From assembly GCA_963847575.1 (NCBI GenBank), contig CAWKAL010000045.1:14942-78941 (forward strand): a DNA stretch of 64,000 nt, given 5' to 3'. Under the pieces are notes generated by a model that saw only the letters and a list, made by a program, of their open reading frames with translations, searched no databases and had not been told where the DNA came from. This DNA is from an uncultured Gammaproteobacteria bacterium. Its GTDB lineage: Bacteria > Pseudomonadota > Gammaproteobacteria > SZUA-229. Each line of letters starts with the position of its first letter. Position 1 is the first letter of the stretch. Positions 9,320 to 21,395 of the stretch are shown here, piece after piece. The position numbers were made by a program, and so were the translations under genes.

Positions 9320-10408
9320 TCAGTTGTTCTGAATCACGATATTCGGGAACTTGGCTGAATAGTCTTTCGCCTTGAGTGACAGCTTGGCCGCGGTGCGGCG
9401 CGCGATTTCGCGGTAGATCAGGCTGGCCGGGCTTTCCGGGTCATCGGCTACGCTGGGGTGACCATCATCGGCATTGACGCGAATATTGATATCCAGCGGC
9501 AGTGCGCCGAGGAAATCGACATTGTACTGCTCGCTCATGCGGTTACCGCCGCCTTCACCGAAGATATGCTCGGCGTGGCCGCACTGTGAACAGATGTGAA
9601 TACTCATGTTTTCGACGATACCCAGCACCGGCACTTCGACTTTCTCGAACATCTTCAGGCCCTTGCGCGCATCCAGCAGCGCGATGTCCTGCGGCGTGGT
9701 CACGATCACGGCACCGCTCACCGGCACTTTCTGCGCCAGCGTCAGCTGTACGTCACCGGTGCCCGGCGGCAGGTCGATGACCAGGTAATCGAGTGATTTC
9801 CAGCGGGTGTCGCGCAGTAACTGCTCCAGCGCCTGGGTGACCATCGGGCCGCGCCAGATCATCGGGGTTTCTTCGTCGATCATGAAACCGATCGACATCG
9901 CCTGCAGGCCGTGGCCGCCCATGGGTTCGAGTGATTTGCCATCTGACGATTCGGGCTTGCCATGAATACCGAGCATCCGCGGAACGCTGGGGCCGTAAAT
10001 ATCCGCATCCAGCATACCCACGCGCGCGCCTTCTTTCTGCAGCGCCAGCGCCAGGTTGACCGCGGTGGTGGATTTGCCCACGCCGCCCTTGCCGGACGCG
10101 ACAGCGATGACGTTCTTGATGCCTTCGAGCGGGTTCATGCCACCCTGCACGGTGTGGCTGGCGATTTCCCAGCTGGCCTCAACTTCAGCACTGCCGACAC
10201 CGGCGACAGCTTCGATACGTTTTTTCAGCTCATCGGAGAGTTTGTCGACGTAGCCATAGGCCGGGAAACCCAGCACGATTTTGAGCTTGACAGCATCACC
10301 CTCGATTTCGATCTTTTTGACTGCGCCGGCAGTCACCAGGTCTTTTTCGAGATAGGGATCAATGTATTGTTTGATGGCGGATTCGACTTGTTCTTTTGTA
10401 ACGCTCAT
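9320..10408 (-). CDS. apbC: iron-sulfur cluster carrier ATPase ApbC/Mrp
   Basis: 362 aa; N-terminal MIP18-like domain, Walker A ASGKGGVGKSTTAVNLA, CxxC (ICSQCGH); divergent from metG as in E. coli. Confidence 0.9.
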   Translation of the reverse strand: MSVTKEQVESAIKQYIDPYLEKDLVTAGAVKKIEIEGDAVKLKIVLGFPAYGYVDKLSDELKKRIEAVAGVGSAEVEASWEIASHTVQGGMNPLEGIKNVIAVASGKGGVGKSTTAVNLALALQKEGARVGMLDADIYGPSVPRMLGIHGKPESSDGKSLEPMGGHGLQAMSIGFMIDEETPMIWRGPMVTQALEQLLRDTRWKSLDYLVIDLPPGTGDVQLTLAQKVPVSGAVIVTTPQDIALLDARKGLKMFEKVEVPVLGIVENMSIHICSQCGHAEHIFGEGGGNRMSEQYNVDFLGALPLDINIRVNADDGHPSVADDPESPASLIYREIARRTAAKLSLKAKDYSAKFPNIVIQNN

Positions 10409-10634
10409 GGCGGAACCCTCAAAATAGATTGTGCCGCGAAAACGGACATTTATAAAAGATGGCGCATTCTACACTACCGCAGCGATGATTAACCTCAATG
10501 AAATTCTGATTAATCAGAATTCACAGCACTAACCGCAACTTAGCCAACCCGGATGTGGAACCGGGTGCTGAAAAACCATGCAAGTTGCGACGAAAATTGC
10601 TATGTTAGGCGCCCTTTTACACGCCCGAACAACA

Positions 10635-12670
10635 TGACGACTCGAACCTCTATTCCGCCGGCGCGCAATATCCTGGTCACCAGTGCACTGCCCTATGCCA
10701 ATGGCCCGATACACCTCGGCCACCTGGTGGAATATATCCAGACCGATATCTGGGCGCGGTTTCAGCGTTTGCGTGGTAACACCTGCTATTACGTCTGCGC
10801 TGACGATGCCCACGGCACCCCGATCATGCTGCGTGCGCGCCAGGACGGTATTACACCGGAAAGCCTGATCGCTGATATGCAGAAACAACATGAGGCCGAT
10901 TTCGCCGATTTCAACATCGTGTTCGATAATTACTACAGCACACACTCTGAAGAAAATCGCCAGCTCGCCAGTGACATCTATATCAAGCTGCGCGAAGACG
11001 GCCATATCGCCACGCGCACCATCAAGCAGGCCTACGATCCCGAAGCACAGATGTTTCTGCCCGACCGGTTCATCAAAGGCACCTGCCCGAAATGCGGCGC
11101 TGATGATCAGTACGGTGACAATTGCGAAGTCTGCGGTTCTACCTACGCGGCCACTGAGCTAAAAAATCCGGTGTCCGCAGTGAGTGGTGCGACCCCGATC
11201 GAAAAAGATTCAGAACAATATTTTTTCAAGCTCAGCGATTTCAGCGACATGCTCAAGCAGTGGATGAAAGCCGGCCACGTGCAGACCGAAATCGCCAACA
11301 AGCTCGATGAATGGTTGCAGGAAGGCTTGCAGGACTGGGATATTTCGCGCAATGCGCCCTACTGGGGATTTGAAATTCCCGATGCGCCCGGTAAATATTT
11401 TTATGTCTGGATGGATGCACCAATTGGCTACATGGCCAGTTTTAAAAACCTGTGCGACAAAACCGGAATTAACTTTGACGATTACTGGCGCACGAACGGC
11501 AACACCGAGCTGTATCATTTTATCGGCAAGGACATCGCACGTTTCCACACCCTGTTCTGGCCTGCCGTGCTCACCGCCGCAGGCTACCGCACACCGACAG
11601 CGGTGTACTGTCATGGCTTTCTCACCGTCAATGGCCAGAAAATGTCGAAGTCGCGCGGCACCTTCATCAAGGCGCGCACTTATCTCGATCACCTGAGCCC
11701 GGAATACCTGCGTTATTACTACGCCGCCAAACTGTCTGACAGTGTTGATGATATCGACCTGAACCTCGAAGACTTCATGCAGCGGGTGAATTCAGACCTG
11801 GTCGGCAAAGTGGTCAACATCGCCAGCCGTTGCGCCGGCTTCATCAGCAAAAAATTTGATGGCACGCTCGCCGCACAATTACCCGATGAAGCCCTGCATC
11901 AGCAACTGGTGAGCGCGGGTGACATCATCGCCGCGCATTTTGAAAACCGCGAATACAGCAAGGCGGTGCGCGAGATCATGGCGCTGGCCGATCAAGCCAA
12001 TGTGTATATCGACGAACATAAACCCTGGGCGCTGGCCAAAGAAGCCGGGCGCGAGGCCGAGGTGCACGCTATCTGCAGCCAGGGCCTGAATATGTTCCGG
12101 GTGCTCATGACCTATTTAAAACCGATCTTGCCAGCGACCGCGGCAAAATCAGAAGCCTTTCTCAATACCGAACTGAGCTGGGCAAGCTTGCCCCTACCCC
12201 TGCTCAATCACACGATTAACAAGTTCAAACCCCTGATGACCCGAATCGAAAAAACCCAGATTGACGCCATGACTGAAGATTCAAAAGAAAGCATGCAATC
12301 CGCCCCTGCCGCGACCGGCCCACTGGCTGACGATCCTGTCAGTGCCGAAATAAACTACGAGGATTTCGCCAAAATCGATTTACGCATCGCGAAAATCGTC
12401 AAGGCCGAACATGTCGAAGGCGCAGACAAATTGTTACAGCTGACACTCGATATCGGCGGTGAAACCAGGAACGTATTTGCCGGTATCAAATCGGCCTACC
12501 AGCCGGCCGATCTCGAAGGCAAGCTCACCGTGATGGTCGCCAATCTTGCGCCGCGTAAAATGCGTTTTGGCATGTCCGAAGGCATGGTGCTGGCAGCCGG
12601 CCCCGGTGGCACTGATTTATTCGTGCTGCACCCGGATGACGGCGCCCGACCCGGCATGCGTGTCAAATAG
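10635..12670 (+). CDS. metG: methionine--tRNA ligase
   Basis: Start at [31 protein letters not shown] (HIGH region); CPKCG/CEVCG zinc knuckles; KMSKS; C-terminal EMAP/tRNA-binding domain. Upstream part of the listed ORF is leader. Confidence 0.95.
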
Positions 12671-12915
12671 ACCACTGGTCCCACATCCGTAAAAGCCCGT
12701 GCCATCGCGGGCAATGCCACTCGCGCCCATTCCCGGACAATACACACAGCACGATCGAGTGGCGCCAGCCCGGGATGATGGCTTTTTCACCCGCCCGCAC
12801 GGCATCACCTATTATCCCGAAACAGCCCGATTTTCCCCTGAAATAGGCTAGGCTCCTAGTGATATACAGCGTCTTGCTGCGCTGTTACAACCGCCACCGT
12901 GTGTGAGGATTCAGA

Positions 12916-14223
12916 TTGCGAGTGCTAGTGCTAGAGAAGAGCCGCCTGTTCCAGAAAGTTCTGCGTGAACAACTGGAAGCACTCGACTGCGAGGTCGATT
13001 GTGCGCGGACTGGCGAGGACGCGCTGGAATGCCTGCACGCTAACGAATATGGCCTGATTATTGCGAGTCAGCATGCATTCGATGGCAGCTGTGCAAAATT
13101 TACCGACTACTACACCTCGATGAAAAATCGCTGCCCGGCGATGCTGCTCACCTCCGAGCCCAATGAAACCCTGCTGAACCGGGCCCGTGCTGCGGGAATT
13201 ACCGATATTTTCCCGAAATCCAACCTGGCCTATATGGCTGACAGTATTCGCTACATTGTAAACGGCGAAAGCCTGATCGACATCAAGGGCGGCCGCGTAC
13301 TCTACATCGAAGACAGCCGCGCGGTGGCACACGCGATGACGCGCTATCTTAAAAAACTCAACCTGGTGATTACGCATTACGACAATGCCGAGCAGGCGCT
13401 GAGCGATTTCAACGCCCATGACTACGACCTGGTGATTACCGATATTATGCTCGAAGGCAGCATCGACGGGGTGGCGCTGGTACGCATGATACGTGCGCAA
13501 AAAACCAACCAGTCACAAACCCCCATACTCGCCCTCACCAGCTATGACGACCCGCACCGGCGCATCGAGTTATTCCGCGCAGGCGTAAATGACTATGTCA
13601 CCAAACCACCGGTGGAAGAAGAACTCGCCGCGCGCGTCAATAATCTGATTACAAATAAACGGCTGCTTGACCATGTCCGCCAGCAGAAACATTCGCTGCT
13701 CGAGCTGGCGATGAAAGACCAGCTGACAGGCTGCCATAACCGCCACAGCCTGGCAGAATACGCCCCCAAGATGCTGGCTGATGCGGAACGCTATAAATAT
13801 TCGTTGTCAATTTTGATTCTTGACCTGGACCATTTCAAAATCATAAATGACGAGTACGGCCATACCGTCGGTGACGATGTACTCGCGGATGTCGGCAAGC
13901 AGCTCCGCTCCTGTTGCAGGCAGGGCGATTTCATTTGCCGACTCGGTGGTGAGGAATTTATCCTGCTATTACCGCATTGCGATGCCATCCACGCATTGAA
14001 CAAGGCCGAGGAAATTCGCGGCCAGATTGAAAACAGCATGCCGGCAGGTATTCGAATCACGGCAAGCATAGGCGTAACAACATTCAGCGAAAGTCATAAA
14101 CTGAATTTTGACAACCTTTACAAGGAAGCCGATGAAGCGGTCTATCATTCCAAGGAAACCGGCCGCAACAAGGTAAGCAAGGCAGTGCCGAAGGCAACAT
14201 CAGTCAAGCATGCTAATCACTAA
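12916..14223 (+). CDS. response regulator with two receiver domains and a GGDEF diguanylate cyclase domain
   Basis: 435 aa; REC1 (MRVLVLEKS...), REC2 (RVLYIEDS...DLVITDIMLEG), then GGDEF domain with RLGGEEF active site. Confidence 0.85.
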   Translation: MRVLVLEKSRLFQKVLREQLEALDCEVDCARTGEDALECLHANEYGLIIASQHAFDGSCAKFTDYYTSMKNRCPAMLLTSEPNETLLNRARAAGITDIFPKSNLAYMADSIRYIVNGESLIDIKGGRVLYIEDSRAVAHAMTRYLKKLNLVITHYDNAEQALSDFNAHDYDLVITDIMLEGSIDGVALVRMIRAQKTNQSQTPILALTSYDDPHRRIELFRAGVNDYVTKPPVEEELAARVNNLITNKRLLDHVRQQKHSLLELAMKDQLTGCHNRHSLAEYAPKMLADAERYKYSLSILILDLDHFKIINDEYGHTVGDDVLADVGKQLRSCCRQGDFICRLGGEEFILLLPHCDAIHALNKAEEIRGQIENSMPAGIRITASIGVTTFSESHKLNFDNLYKEADEAVYHSKETGRNKVSKAVPKATSVKHANH

Positions 14224-14465
14224 CAACACCTGAACTGAAAAACCGCGAGAAACCACAGCGCGCTCATCATGCGACTGGCCCACGCTGCTTTCGCCTCGGT
14301 ATGGCCATACGGGTCCCCCATCGCCGACACCACACTCTGCTCCCACATACGATTGAGAATATAGGACAGACACAACAATGTTGTCATCGCGACAGTCATC
14401 AATAAGCAGAACATTTCAGGGTTTGAATTTATTAACACGGCAATGTCCTTACTTGTCAGTAACAT
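14220..14465 (-). CDS. small hypothetical ORF (81 aa), doubtful
   Basis: Only ORF evidence; overlaps the 3' end of the GGDEF regulator; no recognisable motif. Confidence 0.2.
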   Translation of the reverse strand: MLLTSKDIAVLINSNPEMFCLLMTVAMTTLLCLSYILNRMWEQSVVSAMGDPYGHTEAKAAWASRMMSALWFLAVFQFRCC

Positions 14466-14913
14466 TTAATACAGCTGCCTGGTAAGCGTGCAGCAAGGCG
14501 GGATTATCAATCGAGCCGTGGTGATGAAGTTGTCGCCAGACTGAATCAACGCGCTGGTAAATGCGCGTAGTGCGAATCGCCAGCGCGAGCTGCACATCAT
14601 TTTTTTTAAACCAGCCACGCTCGCGACCAACGGCACAGAACATATCGCCGGTTTGATTGATACTAAAATCATGGAACTCGACATAAACCTGTGCCGGTCC
14701 GTTAAACAGCTTCAGATATACCGTTTCGATTTGAGGCCAGCCATGTTTCACATCACCCAGCGGATTTGACATCGATGCCGATGCTGACGGCCACCAGTTA
14801 TCCGCCATGCGCGATATATCACGCTGGTTAAACGCCTTATAAAAATTCACCAGCGCGGCATAGGGCGTACCCGCGTCCGCATCCGTTTCGGATCCATTGA
14901 TGGTATTTTGCAT
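14449..14913 (-). CDS. NTF2/SnoaL-like fold protein (DUF4440-like)
   Basis: Probable start MQNTINGSETDA..YAALVNFYKAFNQRDISRMADNW; size and motifs fit the SnoaL-like family. Confidence 0.65.
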   Translation of the reverse strand: MQNTINGSETDADAGTPYAALVNFYKAFNQRDISRMADNWWPSASASMSNPLGDVKHGWPQIETVYLKLFNGPAQVYVEFHDFSINQTGDMFCAVGRERGWFKKNDVQLALAIRTTRIYQRVDSVWRQLHHHGSIDNPALLHAYQAAVLNVTDK

Positions 14914-14971
14914 CGCTCGCCTCATAAGTTGTATATACAACTGTTACAATAAAAAAATACATCAGCCTGAT

Positions 14972-15379
14972 TCATTGCAGCCGGTTACCGGTTTCACGCA
15001 TGCGTGCGACCAGCTCGTTCAGGCTCGATTTACCCATGGTCTTGAGCATTTCCTGGTACAGCGCATCACCTTTTTTATTGAGACGGGTTTTGATTTTTTT
15101 TGCCTGCAGCGTCGGCTTAACCATAGTTTCACGTCCTGTCCTGGTTCGCGTTACCAGCTGTTTGTCTTCGAGCACATTGATAAATCGTGTGACGGTGGAT
15201 TTTTCAAGCTTGAGTTCGCCCGCTATGCGCGTCTGGGTAATGCCCGGGTTCTCCAGTACCAGGCGTAACAGGTAGGCGTGCGCAGGCGACAGGTCAAACT
15301 CGGCGAACGCTTGATCCCAGATAGCATTCACCTTGCGCGCCAGCGCGTTCACATTGAAATACAGGCAACGTTCAAACAT
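14972..15379 (-). CDS. MarR family transcriptional regulator
   Basis: 135 aa; winged helix LSPAHAYLLRLVLENPGITQTRIAGELKLEKSTVTRFINVLEDKQLV. Confidence 0.85.
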   Translation of the reverse strand: MFERCLYFNVNALARKVNAIWDQAFAEFDLSPAHAYLLRLVLENPGITQTRIAGELKLEKSTVTRFINVLEDKQLVTRTRTGRETMVKPTLQAKKIKTRLNKKGDALYQEMLKTMGKSSLNELVARMRETGNRLQ

Positions 15380-15446
15380 GATGTGAGTCTAGACCAAATT
15401 AGTTGTACGTACAACTTTTATTGCAGAATCACGAGCGACGCCTGGT

Positions 15447-16553
15447 TTAATCAGCCACCACGCGATTGCGCCCGAGCTGCTTGGCACGCATCAGCGCCTT
15501 GTCTGCCTTATTGAGGATTTGTTCAGAAATTTCCGCAGCATCGCCGATGCTGGCTTTCACCGGCATAAAGCTGGCGAGGCCTATTGATATGGTGATGAGT
15601 ATTTTATTCCCCGTGCTGACTTCGACAGGCGTATTCAGAATGGTTTTGCGAACACGCTCGGCAGTCTCCATGGCAACACGATTATCTGCACCGGGCAGCA
15701 TGATGACAAATTCCTCGCCACCATAACGCGCTACCACGTCACCCAGCCGCACCACATGCATCATGATGTCCGACACTGCCTGCAGCACCTGGTCACCGAC
15801 ATCATGCCCATGGGTATCATTGACCTGTTTGAAATAATCCACATCGAGGTAGAGGCACGACAGGGGTTTGCCTTCACGCAAGGTACGGCTGACTTCGATG
15901 CCCATGCGGCGTTCCAGCTCGCGCCGGTTGGACAGGCCGGTGAGTGCGTCGGTAAAACTCAGTCGGCGTAATTGTTCGTAATGCAGGCAGTTTTCGACGC
16001 AAATGGCGGCAATAATACTCAGCCGTTGCAGAAATTCTGTCGCCGCACCGGGCTGGTATCGGTCCAGCCGTTTGCTGAACATGGCGAGACAACCAATGAT
16101 GCTGTCGCGTCTTATCAGCGGCAGCAACGCGACGCTGCCGGGGCCTTGCGGCGACGCATCGAACAGCCAGCCATGCTGGTATTCATCATAGCTGGCAAGT
16201 ACCGGCGCGTGGCCGAAGCCGAGCAGGCGCTCAATACTGGACATTCTGTTGAGCAGCAGGATGCCACCGGAACGTTCGTCATCGGGCTGGGTGCCGAGGA
16301 TATTGCGGATGATGTCACCATCATCGGCCAGCGCCAGGCAGACCGCATCAAGATCAGCCAGTGCCCTGAAATCACCGCGCAGGTAACTCGATATCGCGGC
16401 AAAATCCTGTGCTGCCAGCAGCGCAAATTCAATCGACTGAAACCGGTTATGGACCGATTCGTTATGACGCGCAGCACTCAACAGCTCCCTGACCTGTTTG
16501 CGCAGACGCTCAACATCCTGGTCAATCTCCAGCAGCTCACCGCTCTCGCTCAT
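15447..16553 (-). CDS. sensor (GAF/DUF484-like) diguanylate cyclase, GGDEF domain
   Basis: 368 aa; C-terminal GGDEF with RYGGEEF, N-terminal GAF-like sensor region. Confidence 0.85.
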   Translation of the reverse strand: MSESGELLEIDQDVERLRKQVRELLSAARHNESVHNRFQSIEFALLAAQDFAAISSYLRGDFRALADLDAVCLALADDGDIIRNILGTQPDDERSGGILLLNRMSSIERLLGFGHAPVLASYDEYQHGWLFDASPQGPGSVALLPLIRRDSIIGCLAMFSKRLDRYQPGAATEFLQRLSIIAAICVENCLHYEQLRRLSFTDALTGLSNRRELERRMGIEVSRTLREGKPLSCLYLDVDYFKQVNDTHGHDVGDQVLQAVSDIMMHVVRLGDVVARYGGEEFVIMLPGADNRVAMETAERVRKTILNTPVEVSTGNKILITISIGLASFMPVKASIGDAAEISEQILNKADKALMRAKQLGRNRVVAD

Positions 16554-16724
16554 AGCATTGCACTCCCGTCTCTAGCCAAATGTACTGAAACCCGGATCAA
16601 CTGGCGCCAATCATATCCGCTTTTGCGCGCGCTGGCAGCATTCACGTGCCGGCTGACTATTCCCCCAATCGTGCAGATGATTTACTGCACACTTATATAG
16701 TGTTCTTTTTGATACACTTGCGCG

Positions 16725-17306
16725 ATGACAGAATACGCCCTCATCCTGCTCAGCACCATCCTGGTGAATAATTTCGTGCTGGTGAAATTTCTTGGCCTGT
16801 GCCCGTTTATGGGTGTGTCGCGCAAGCTCGAAACCGCCATGGGCATGGCGCTGGCGACCACCTTTGTGCTTACCCTGTCTTCGGTCAGCGCCTACCTGGT
16901 GAATGAATTCATCCTGGCGCCGCTCGGCATCGAGTTCATGCGTACCATCATGTTCATCCTGGTCATCGCAGTCGTGGTGCAGTTCACCGAAATGGTGGTG
17001 CATAAAACCAGCCCGCTGCTGTACAACGTGCTGGGTATATTTCTGCCGCTGATCACCACCAACTGCGCCGTGCTCGGTGTCGCCCTGCTCAACGTCCAGC
17101 AACAACACGGTTTCCTGGAATCACTATTCTATGGATTCGGCGCCGCAGCGGGCTTCTCCATGGTGCTGATCCTGTTTGCTGCCATGCGTGAACGCATAAA
17201 CACCGCTGACGTACCGGAAATTTTTCAGGGTACATCTATCGCACTGATTACCGCCGGCATCATGTCGCTGGCTTTTATGGGCTTTGCAGGCCTGATCAAG
17301 GTCTGA
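16725..17306 (+). CDS. rnfA: Rnf/Rsx electron transport complex subunit A
   Basis: 193 aa polytopic protein, [32 protein letters not shown] typical of RnfA/RsxA. Confidence 0.95.
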   Translation: MTEYALILLSTILVNNFVLVKFLGLCPFMGVSRKLETAMGMALATTFVLTLSSVSAYLVNEFILAPLGIEFMRTIMFILVIAVVVQFTEMVVHKTSPLLYNVLGIFLPLITTNCAVLGVALLNVQQQHGFLESLFYGFGAAAGFSMVLILFAAMRERINTADVPEIFQGTSIALITAGIMSLAFMGFAGLIKV

Positions 17307-17366
17307 ATAACAATTGATAACGACTATGTGGCCCGTGACAGAAACTGAATTCCGCCCGCTACGCGC

Positions 17367-17930
17367 ATGCTAACCGTGGTCATCACGCTTGCTGTGATCT
17401 CGGCAGTCTTCGGCCTGGTGCTGGGGTATTCGGCGATCCGCTTCAAGATCGAAGGCGACCCCGTGGTCGAACAGATCGACTCAATACTGCCGCAGACCCA
17501 GTGCGGCCAGTGCACCTATGCCGGTTGCCGGCCCTATGCCGAAGCCATTGCCCGCGGTGAAGCCGATATCAACCAGTGCCCACCCGGTGGTGAAGCCACC
17601 ATCGTCGCGCTCGCCGATTTGCTCGGCGTCGAAGTCAAACCGTTGAACGCCGAACACGGCACAGTCAAAGAAGTCAAAACCGTGGTGCGTATCGACGAGC
17701 AGGTATGTATCGGCTGCACACTGTGTATCCAGGCCTGTCCGGTGGATGCGATACTTGGCGCCGCCAAACACATGCATACCGTCATCACCAGTGAATGCAC
17801 CGGCTGCGATTTATGTATACCGCCCTGCCCGGTCGACTGCATTTATGTTGAAACCGTCGAACCCACACTCAACACCTGGAAATGGGAACTGCCCGCCGCC
17901 GACCACGTCGCACCGAGGCCAGCCAAATGA
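17367..17930 (+). CDS. rnfB: Rnf complex subunit B (ferredoxin-like, 4Fe-4S)
   Basis: 187 aa; N-terminal TM anchor, CGQCTYAGC and two CxxCxxCxxxCP ferredoxin motifs. Confidence 0.95.
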   Translation: MLTVVITLAVISAVFGLVLGYSAIRFKIEGDPVVEQIDSILPQTQCGQCTYAGCRPYAEAIARGEADINQCPPGGEATIVALADLLGVEVKPLNAEHGTVKEVKTVVRIDEQVCIGCTLCIQACPVDAILGAAKHMHTVITSECTGCDLCIPPCPVDCIYVETVEPTLNTWKWELPAADHVAPRPAK

Positions 17931-19639
17931 GCATGCCCGCAGAGCCAACAGGCGCACTATCACAGTTTCACGGCGGGCTTAAACTCGAAGGCCACAAGCA
18001 CCTGTCCACGCGCACCCCGATTGCACAAATGCCACCGCAAGATCGTTACATTATCCCGCTGATGCAACACATCGGCCAGGCGGGGGATGTACTGGTGCAC
18101 ACCGGGGAACGTGTGCTCAAGGGGCAGATGCTGGCACAACCGCACCAGCTGGTGAGCGCAGCGATTCATTCACCTGTGTCGGGCACGGTACGTGATATCG
18201 GCAACTACCCGGTGCCGCATCCTTCCGGCATCAGTGCGCAATGCATCGTGATTGATAACGACTACAAGGACGAGTGGGTCGAACACAGCGCTGTGGGTGA
18301 AGAATGTTTTCACATGACATCAACTGCGCTGCGCCGGATCATTCGTGACGCCGGCATTGTCGGCCTCGGTGGCGCAGGTTTTCCGACCGCGGTCAAACAA
18401 ACTGAAATTGATATTCACACGCTGATTATCAACGGTGTTGAATGCGAACCCTATATCAGCTGCGACGATATGCTCATGCGCGAACGTGCGCGTGAAATCG
18501 TCGCCGGTAGTGAAGTCATTGGACACATTATTAAAGCGCGCGAAATCATAATCGCGATTGAAGACAACAAACCTGAAGCCATCGCTGCAATGCAGGCCGC
18601 GATCGAAGAAGACACCACCGGTTATTTCCGGTTACAGGCCGTGCCGACAATTTATCCCAGCGGCGGCGAAAAGCAGATCATCAAGGTGGTGCTCGACAAA
18701 GAAGTCCCGATCAACGGACTGCCCAATGACATCGGCGTGCTGTGCCAGAACGTGGGCACGGCGTATGCGATCTGCCGCGCAATTTACCACGGCGAGCCCC
18801 TGCTCTCGCGCATTGTCACCATTACCGGTCACGGGGTGCAGCACCCGCAAAATCTCGACGTCGCAATCGGTACGCCCATGCAGGCCTGCATAGATTATTG
18901 CGGCGGTTATAACGAACAACACAGCCGCATGATTATGGGCGGACCGATGATGGGCTTCGCGGTGCAAAGCGACCAGATGCCCATTATCAAGCTGACCAAC
19001 TGTTTACTGGTCACGGGCGATGAAGATACACCGGCGTTGCCCGCCTCGACGGCGCACCTGCCCTGCATACGCTGCGCGCGCTGTGTCGATGTCTGTCCCG
19101 CCAACCTGCTGCCGCAGCAACTGTACTGGTACGCGGCAGCACAAAATTTTGAACGCGTGGTGGACTATCACCTGTTCGACTGTATCGAATGTGGCTGCTG
19201 TGCCTATGTCTGCCCGAGCCGAATTCCGCTGGTGCAGTATTTCCGTTTTGCAAAATCAGAAATCTGGGAGCAGGAGCGTCAGCGCAAGAAAGCGGATATC
19301 GCACGCGAACGTCACGAAGCACACCAGGCACGACTGGAAAAACAGAAACAGGAACGCGAAGAAAAGCTGCGCAAAAAACGTGAAGCATTGAAAGCCAGGC
19401 CTGCCAGTAGCACAGCCGTTGACGCCAAGAAAGCCGCGATCGCCGCCGCGCTTGCACGGGTTGAAGCTAAAAAGAAACAACAGGGAGTGGCGCCAAAGAA
19501 CATGGACAATCTCAGCGAAGAACAGCAACAACTGATTGAAGCCGTCGAGAAACGTCGGGCCCAGGCTATTAACGAGGCCAACAATGAGGCTAACAACCTG
19601 GCCACCGATCAGGCCCACACTTCAGCGGACAAACATTGA
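17927..19639 (+). CDS. rnfC: Rnf complex subunit C (NADH-binding, 4Fe-4S)
   Basis: ATGA overlap with the rnfB stop; MSMPAEPTG..; [12 protein letters not shown] and [12 protein letters not shown] motifs; Lys/Glu/Ala-rich C-terminal tail. Confidence 0.9.
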   Translation: MSMPAEPTGALSQFHGGLKLEGHKHLSTRTPIAQMPPQDRYIIPLMQHIGQAGDVLVHTGERVLKGQMLAQPHQLVSAAIHSPVSGTVRDIGNYPVPHPSGISAQCIVIDNDYKDEWVEHSAVGEECFHMTSTALRRIIRDAGIVGLGGAGFPTAVKQTEIDIHTLIINGVECEPYISCDDMLMRERAREIVAGSEVIGHIIKAREIIIAIEDNKPEAIAAMQAAIEEDTTGYFRLQAVPTIYPSGGEKQIIKVVLDKEVPINGLPNDIGVLCQNVGTAYAICRAIYHGEPLLSRIVTITGHGVQHPQNLDVAIGTPMQACIDYCGGYNEQHSRMIMGGPMMGFAVQSDQMPIIKLTNCLLVTGDEDTPALPASTAHLPCIRCARCVDVCPANLLPQQLYWYAAAQNFERVVDYHLFDCIECGCCAYVCPSRIPLVQYFRFAKSEIWEQERQRKKADIARERHEAHQARLEKQKQEREEKLRKKREALKARPASSTAVDAKKAAIAAALARVEAKKKQQGVAPKNMDNLSEEQQQLIEAVEKRRAQAINEANNEANNLATDQAHTSADKH

Positions 19640-19653
19640 GGATCTGATGACAC

Positions 19654-20697
19654 ATGTTGTTCAGTAAATCCAGTTCACCATTCGTGCTTGACGATAGCAG
19701 CGTACAGGGCATTATGCTTAAAGTGCTGTATGCGCTTGTCCCCGGGACGCTTGCCGCGATCTGGTTCTTCGGCTGGGGCGTACTGATCAATTTAATCCTG
19801 GTGTCTATCACCTGCATCGCGGCCGAAGCCTGGGTGTTGTGGGTACGCGATCGCGCGATCAAATCTACATTATTCGACGGCAGCGCACTGGTTACCGCGT
19901 GCCTGCTTGCACTCGCGCTGCCACCGCTGGCACCGTGGTGGCTAAGCGTGATTGCCGCGCTGTTTGCGATCCTGGTGGCAAAACATCTTTACGGCGGTCT
20001 CGGTTTTAATCCATTCAACCCGGCCATGGTCGGTTACGTCGTGGTGATGATTTCGTTCCCGCGTGAAATGACGTTCTGGACGCCACCACTCGGCGTTGCC
20101 CAGGGCTGGCCGAATTTTGTCGATACCCTGCAGATTATATTTGCCAGCACAGTGCCCGCCGGTGAAACTATCGACAGCATCACCATGGCCACCCCGATCG
20201 ATACTATTAAAACCCAGCTCGGGCTGGAAAATGACATCGAGTCGACGCGAACCAGCGTGCAATATGGCCCGTTGTTCGGCGCTATCAGTGGCACCGGCTG
20301 GCAATGGATTAATGCACTGTTCCTGCTCGGCGGACTCTGGCTGGCAAAACAGAAAGTCATCGACTGGCGTATACCGACATCTTTCCTGCTCAGCCTGGTG
20401 CTGATATCCAATATTTTCGCGGTCTACGATTACGCCAGCTTCAGTTCATCCCTGTTCCACCTGTTCAGCGGCGGCACCATGCTGGCTGCATTTTTTATTG
20501 CGACCGACCCGGTCAGCGCATCGACCACCCCGCGCGGTCGCTGGATTTACGCCGCCGGTATCGCGGCACTGGTTTATATCATCCGTACCTGGGGCGGTTA
20601 TCCTGATGGTATCGCATTCGCCGTCGTGTTAATGAATATGGCGGTGCCGTTGATTGACTATTACACCCAGCCGCGCACCTTCGGTAAAACCCTGTAA
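19654..20697 (+). CDS. rnfD: Rnf complex subunit D (NqrB-like, FMN-binding membrane subunit)
   Basis: 347 aa polytopic membrane protein with RnfD-like N-terminus and a conserved SGGT region. Confidence 0.95.
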   Translation: MLFSKSSSPFVLDDSSVQGIMLKVLYALVPGTLAAIWFFGWGVLINLILVSITCIAAEAWVLWVRDRAIKSTLFDGSALVTACLLALALPPLAPWWLSVIAALFAILVAKHLYGGLGFNPFNPAMVGYVVVMISFPREMTFWTPPLGVAQGWPNFVDTLQIIFASTVPAGETIDSITMATPIDTIKTQLGLENDIESTRTSVQYGPLFGAISGTGWQWINALFLLGGLWLAKQKVIDWRIPTSFLLSLVLISNIFAVYDYASFSSSLFHLFSGGTMLAAFFIATDPVSASTTPRGRWIYAAGIAALVYIIRTWGGYPDGIAFAVVLMNMAVPLIDYYTQPRTFGKTL

Positions 20698-21395
20698 TGA
20701 ACCTGCATCGACAAGTCACTACCACGGCTGTGCTACTCATGCTGTTCGCTGCTACCGGCGCGGCCCTGGTAGGACTGACGCATGACACGACTGCAGACAC
20801 CATTCTGCATAACGAGAAACTCACCCTGTTGCGCAAGCTCAACACCCTGGTGCCAGCCGATAAATATGATAATGATTTACTCGATGACACAATACAGGTA
20901 GCGGCGAATGATTTGCTTGGCACCAGCGAAGTCTCCACCGTGTACCGCGCGCGTAAACAGGATCAGCCGGTCGCCGTGGTGCTGTCTCCAGTTGCACCCG
21001 GTGGTTACAACGGATCGATAGAACTGCTGGTCGGGATTTATGCCGATGGCACGCTCGCCGGCGTGCGCGTGGTAAAGCACCGCGAGACACCCGGCCTGGG
21101 CGATGCTGTCGAAGTGTCGCGTTCTGACTGGATACTGGGTTTTACCGGTAAATCGTTGAACAACCCCGCAGAAAAACGCTGGAAAGTAACACGCGATGGC
21201 GGTGACTTCGACCAGTTTACCGGCGCCACGATTACCCCGCGCGCCGTGGTGAAAGCCGTGCACACCGCTCTGGTATACTTCAACGAACACCAGAAAATGT
21301 TGTTTGCCCGGCTTGAGCCCGCCGCAAACAAACCCGCTGACACTGCACCGACGGATACAACAGTAACAACACAGACACCAGAACATGGCAGCTGA
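20697..21395 (+). CDS. rnfG: Rnf complex subunit G (FMN-binding)
   Basis: 232 aa, single N-terminal TM, FMN-binding domain ([12 protein letters not shown]...PGLGD). Confidence 0.9.
   Translation: MNLHRQVTTTAVLLMLFAATGAALVGLTHDTTADTILHNEKLTLLRKLNTLVPADKYDNDLLDDTIQVAANDLLGTSEVSTVYRARKQDQPVAVVLSPVAPGGYNGSIELLVGIYADGTLAGVRVVKHRETPGLGDAVEVSRSDWILGFTGKSLNNPAEKRWKVTRDGGDFDQFTGATITPRAVVKAVHTALVYFNEHQKMLFARLEPAANKPADTAPTDTTVTTQTPEHGS

Noticed and set aside
14220-14465. 81-aa ORF overlapping the end of the GGDEF regulator as a real gene
   Set aside because: It is kept as a low-confidence feature only. It has no RBS or motif support and overlaps two flanking genes.
16611-17108. His-rich 165-aa minus-strand ORF opposite rnfA
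   Set aside because: Antisense to the conserved rnfA. The His/Gln richness comes from the complement of Val/Leu codons.
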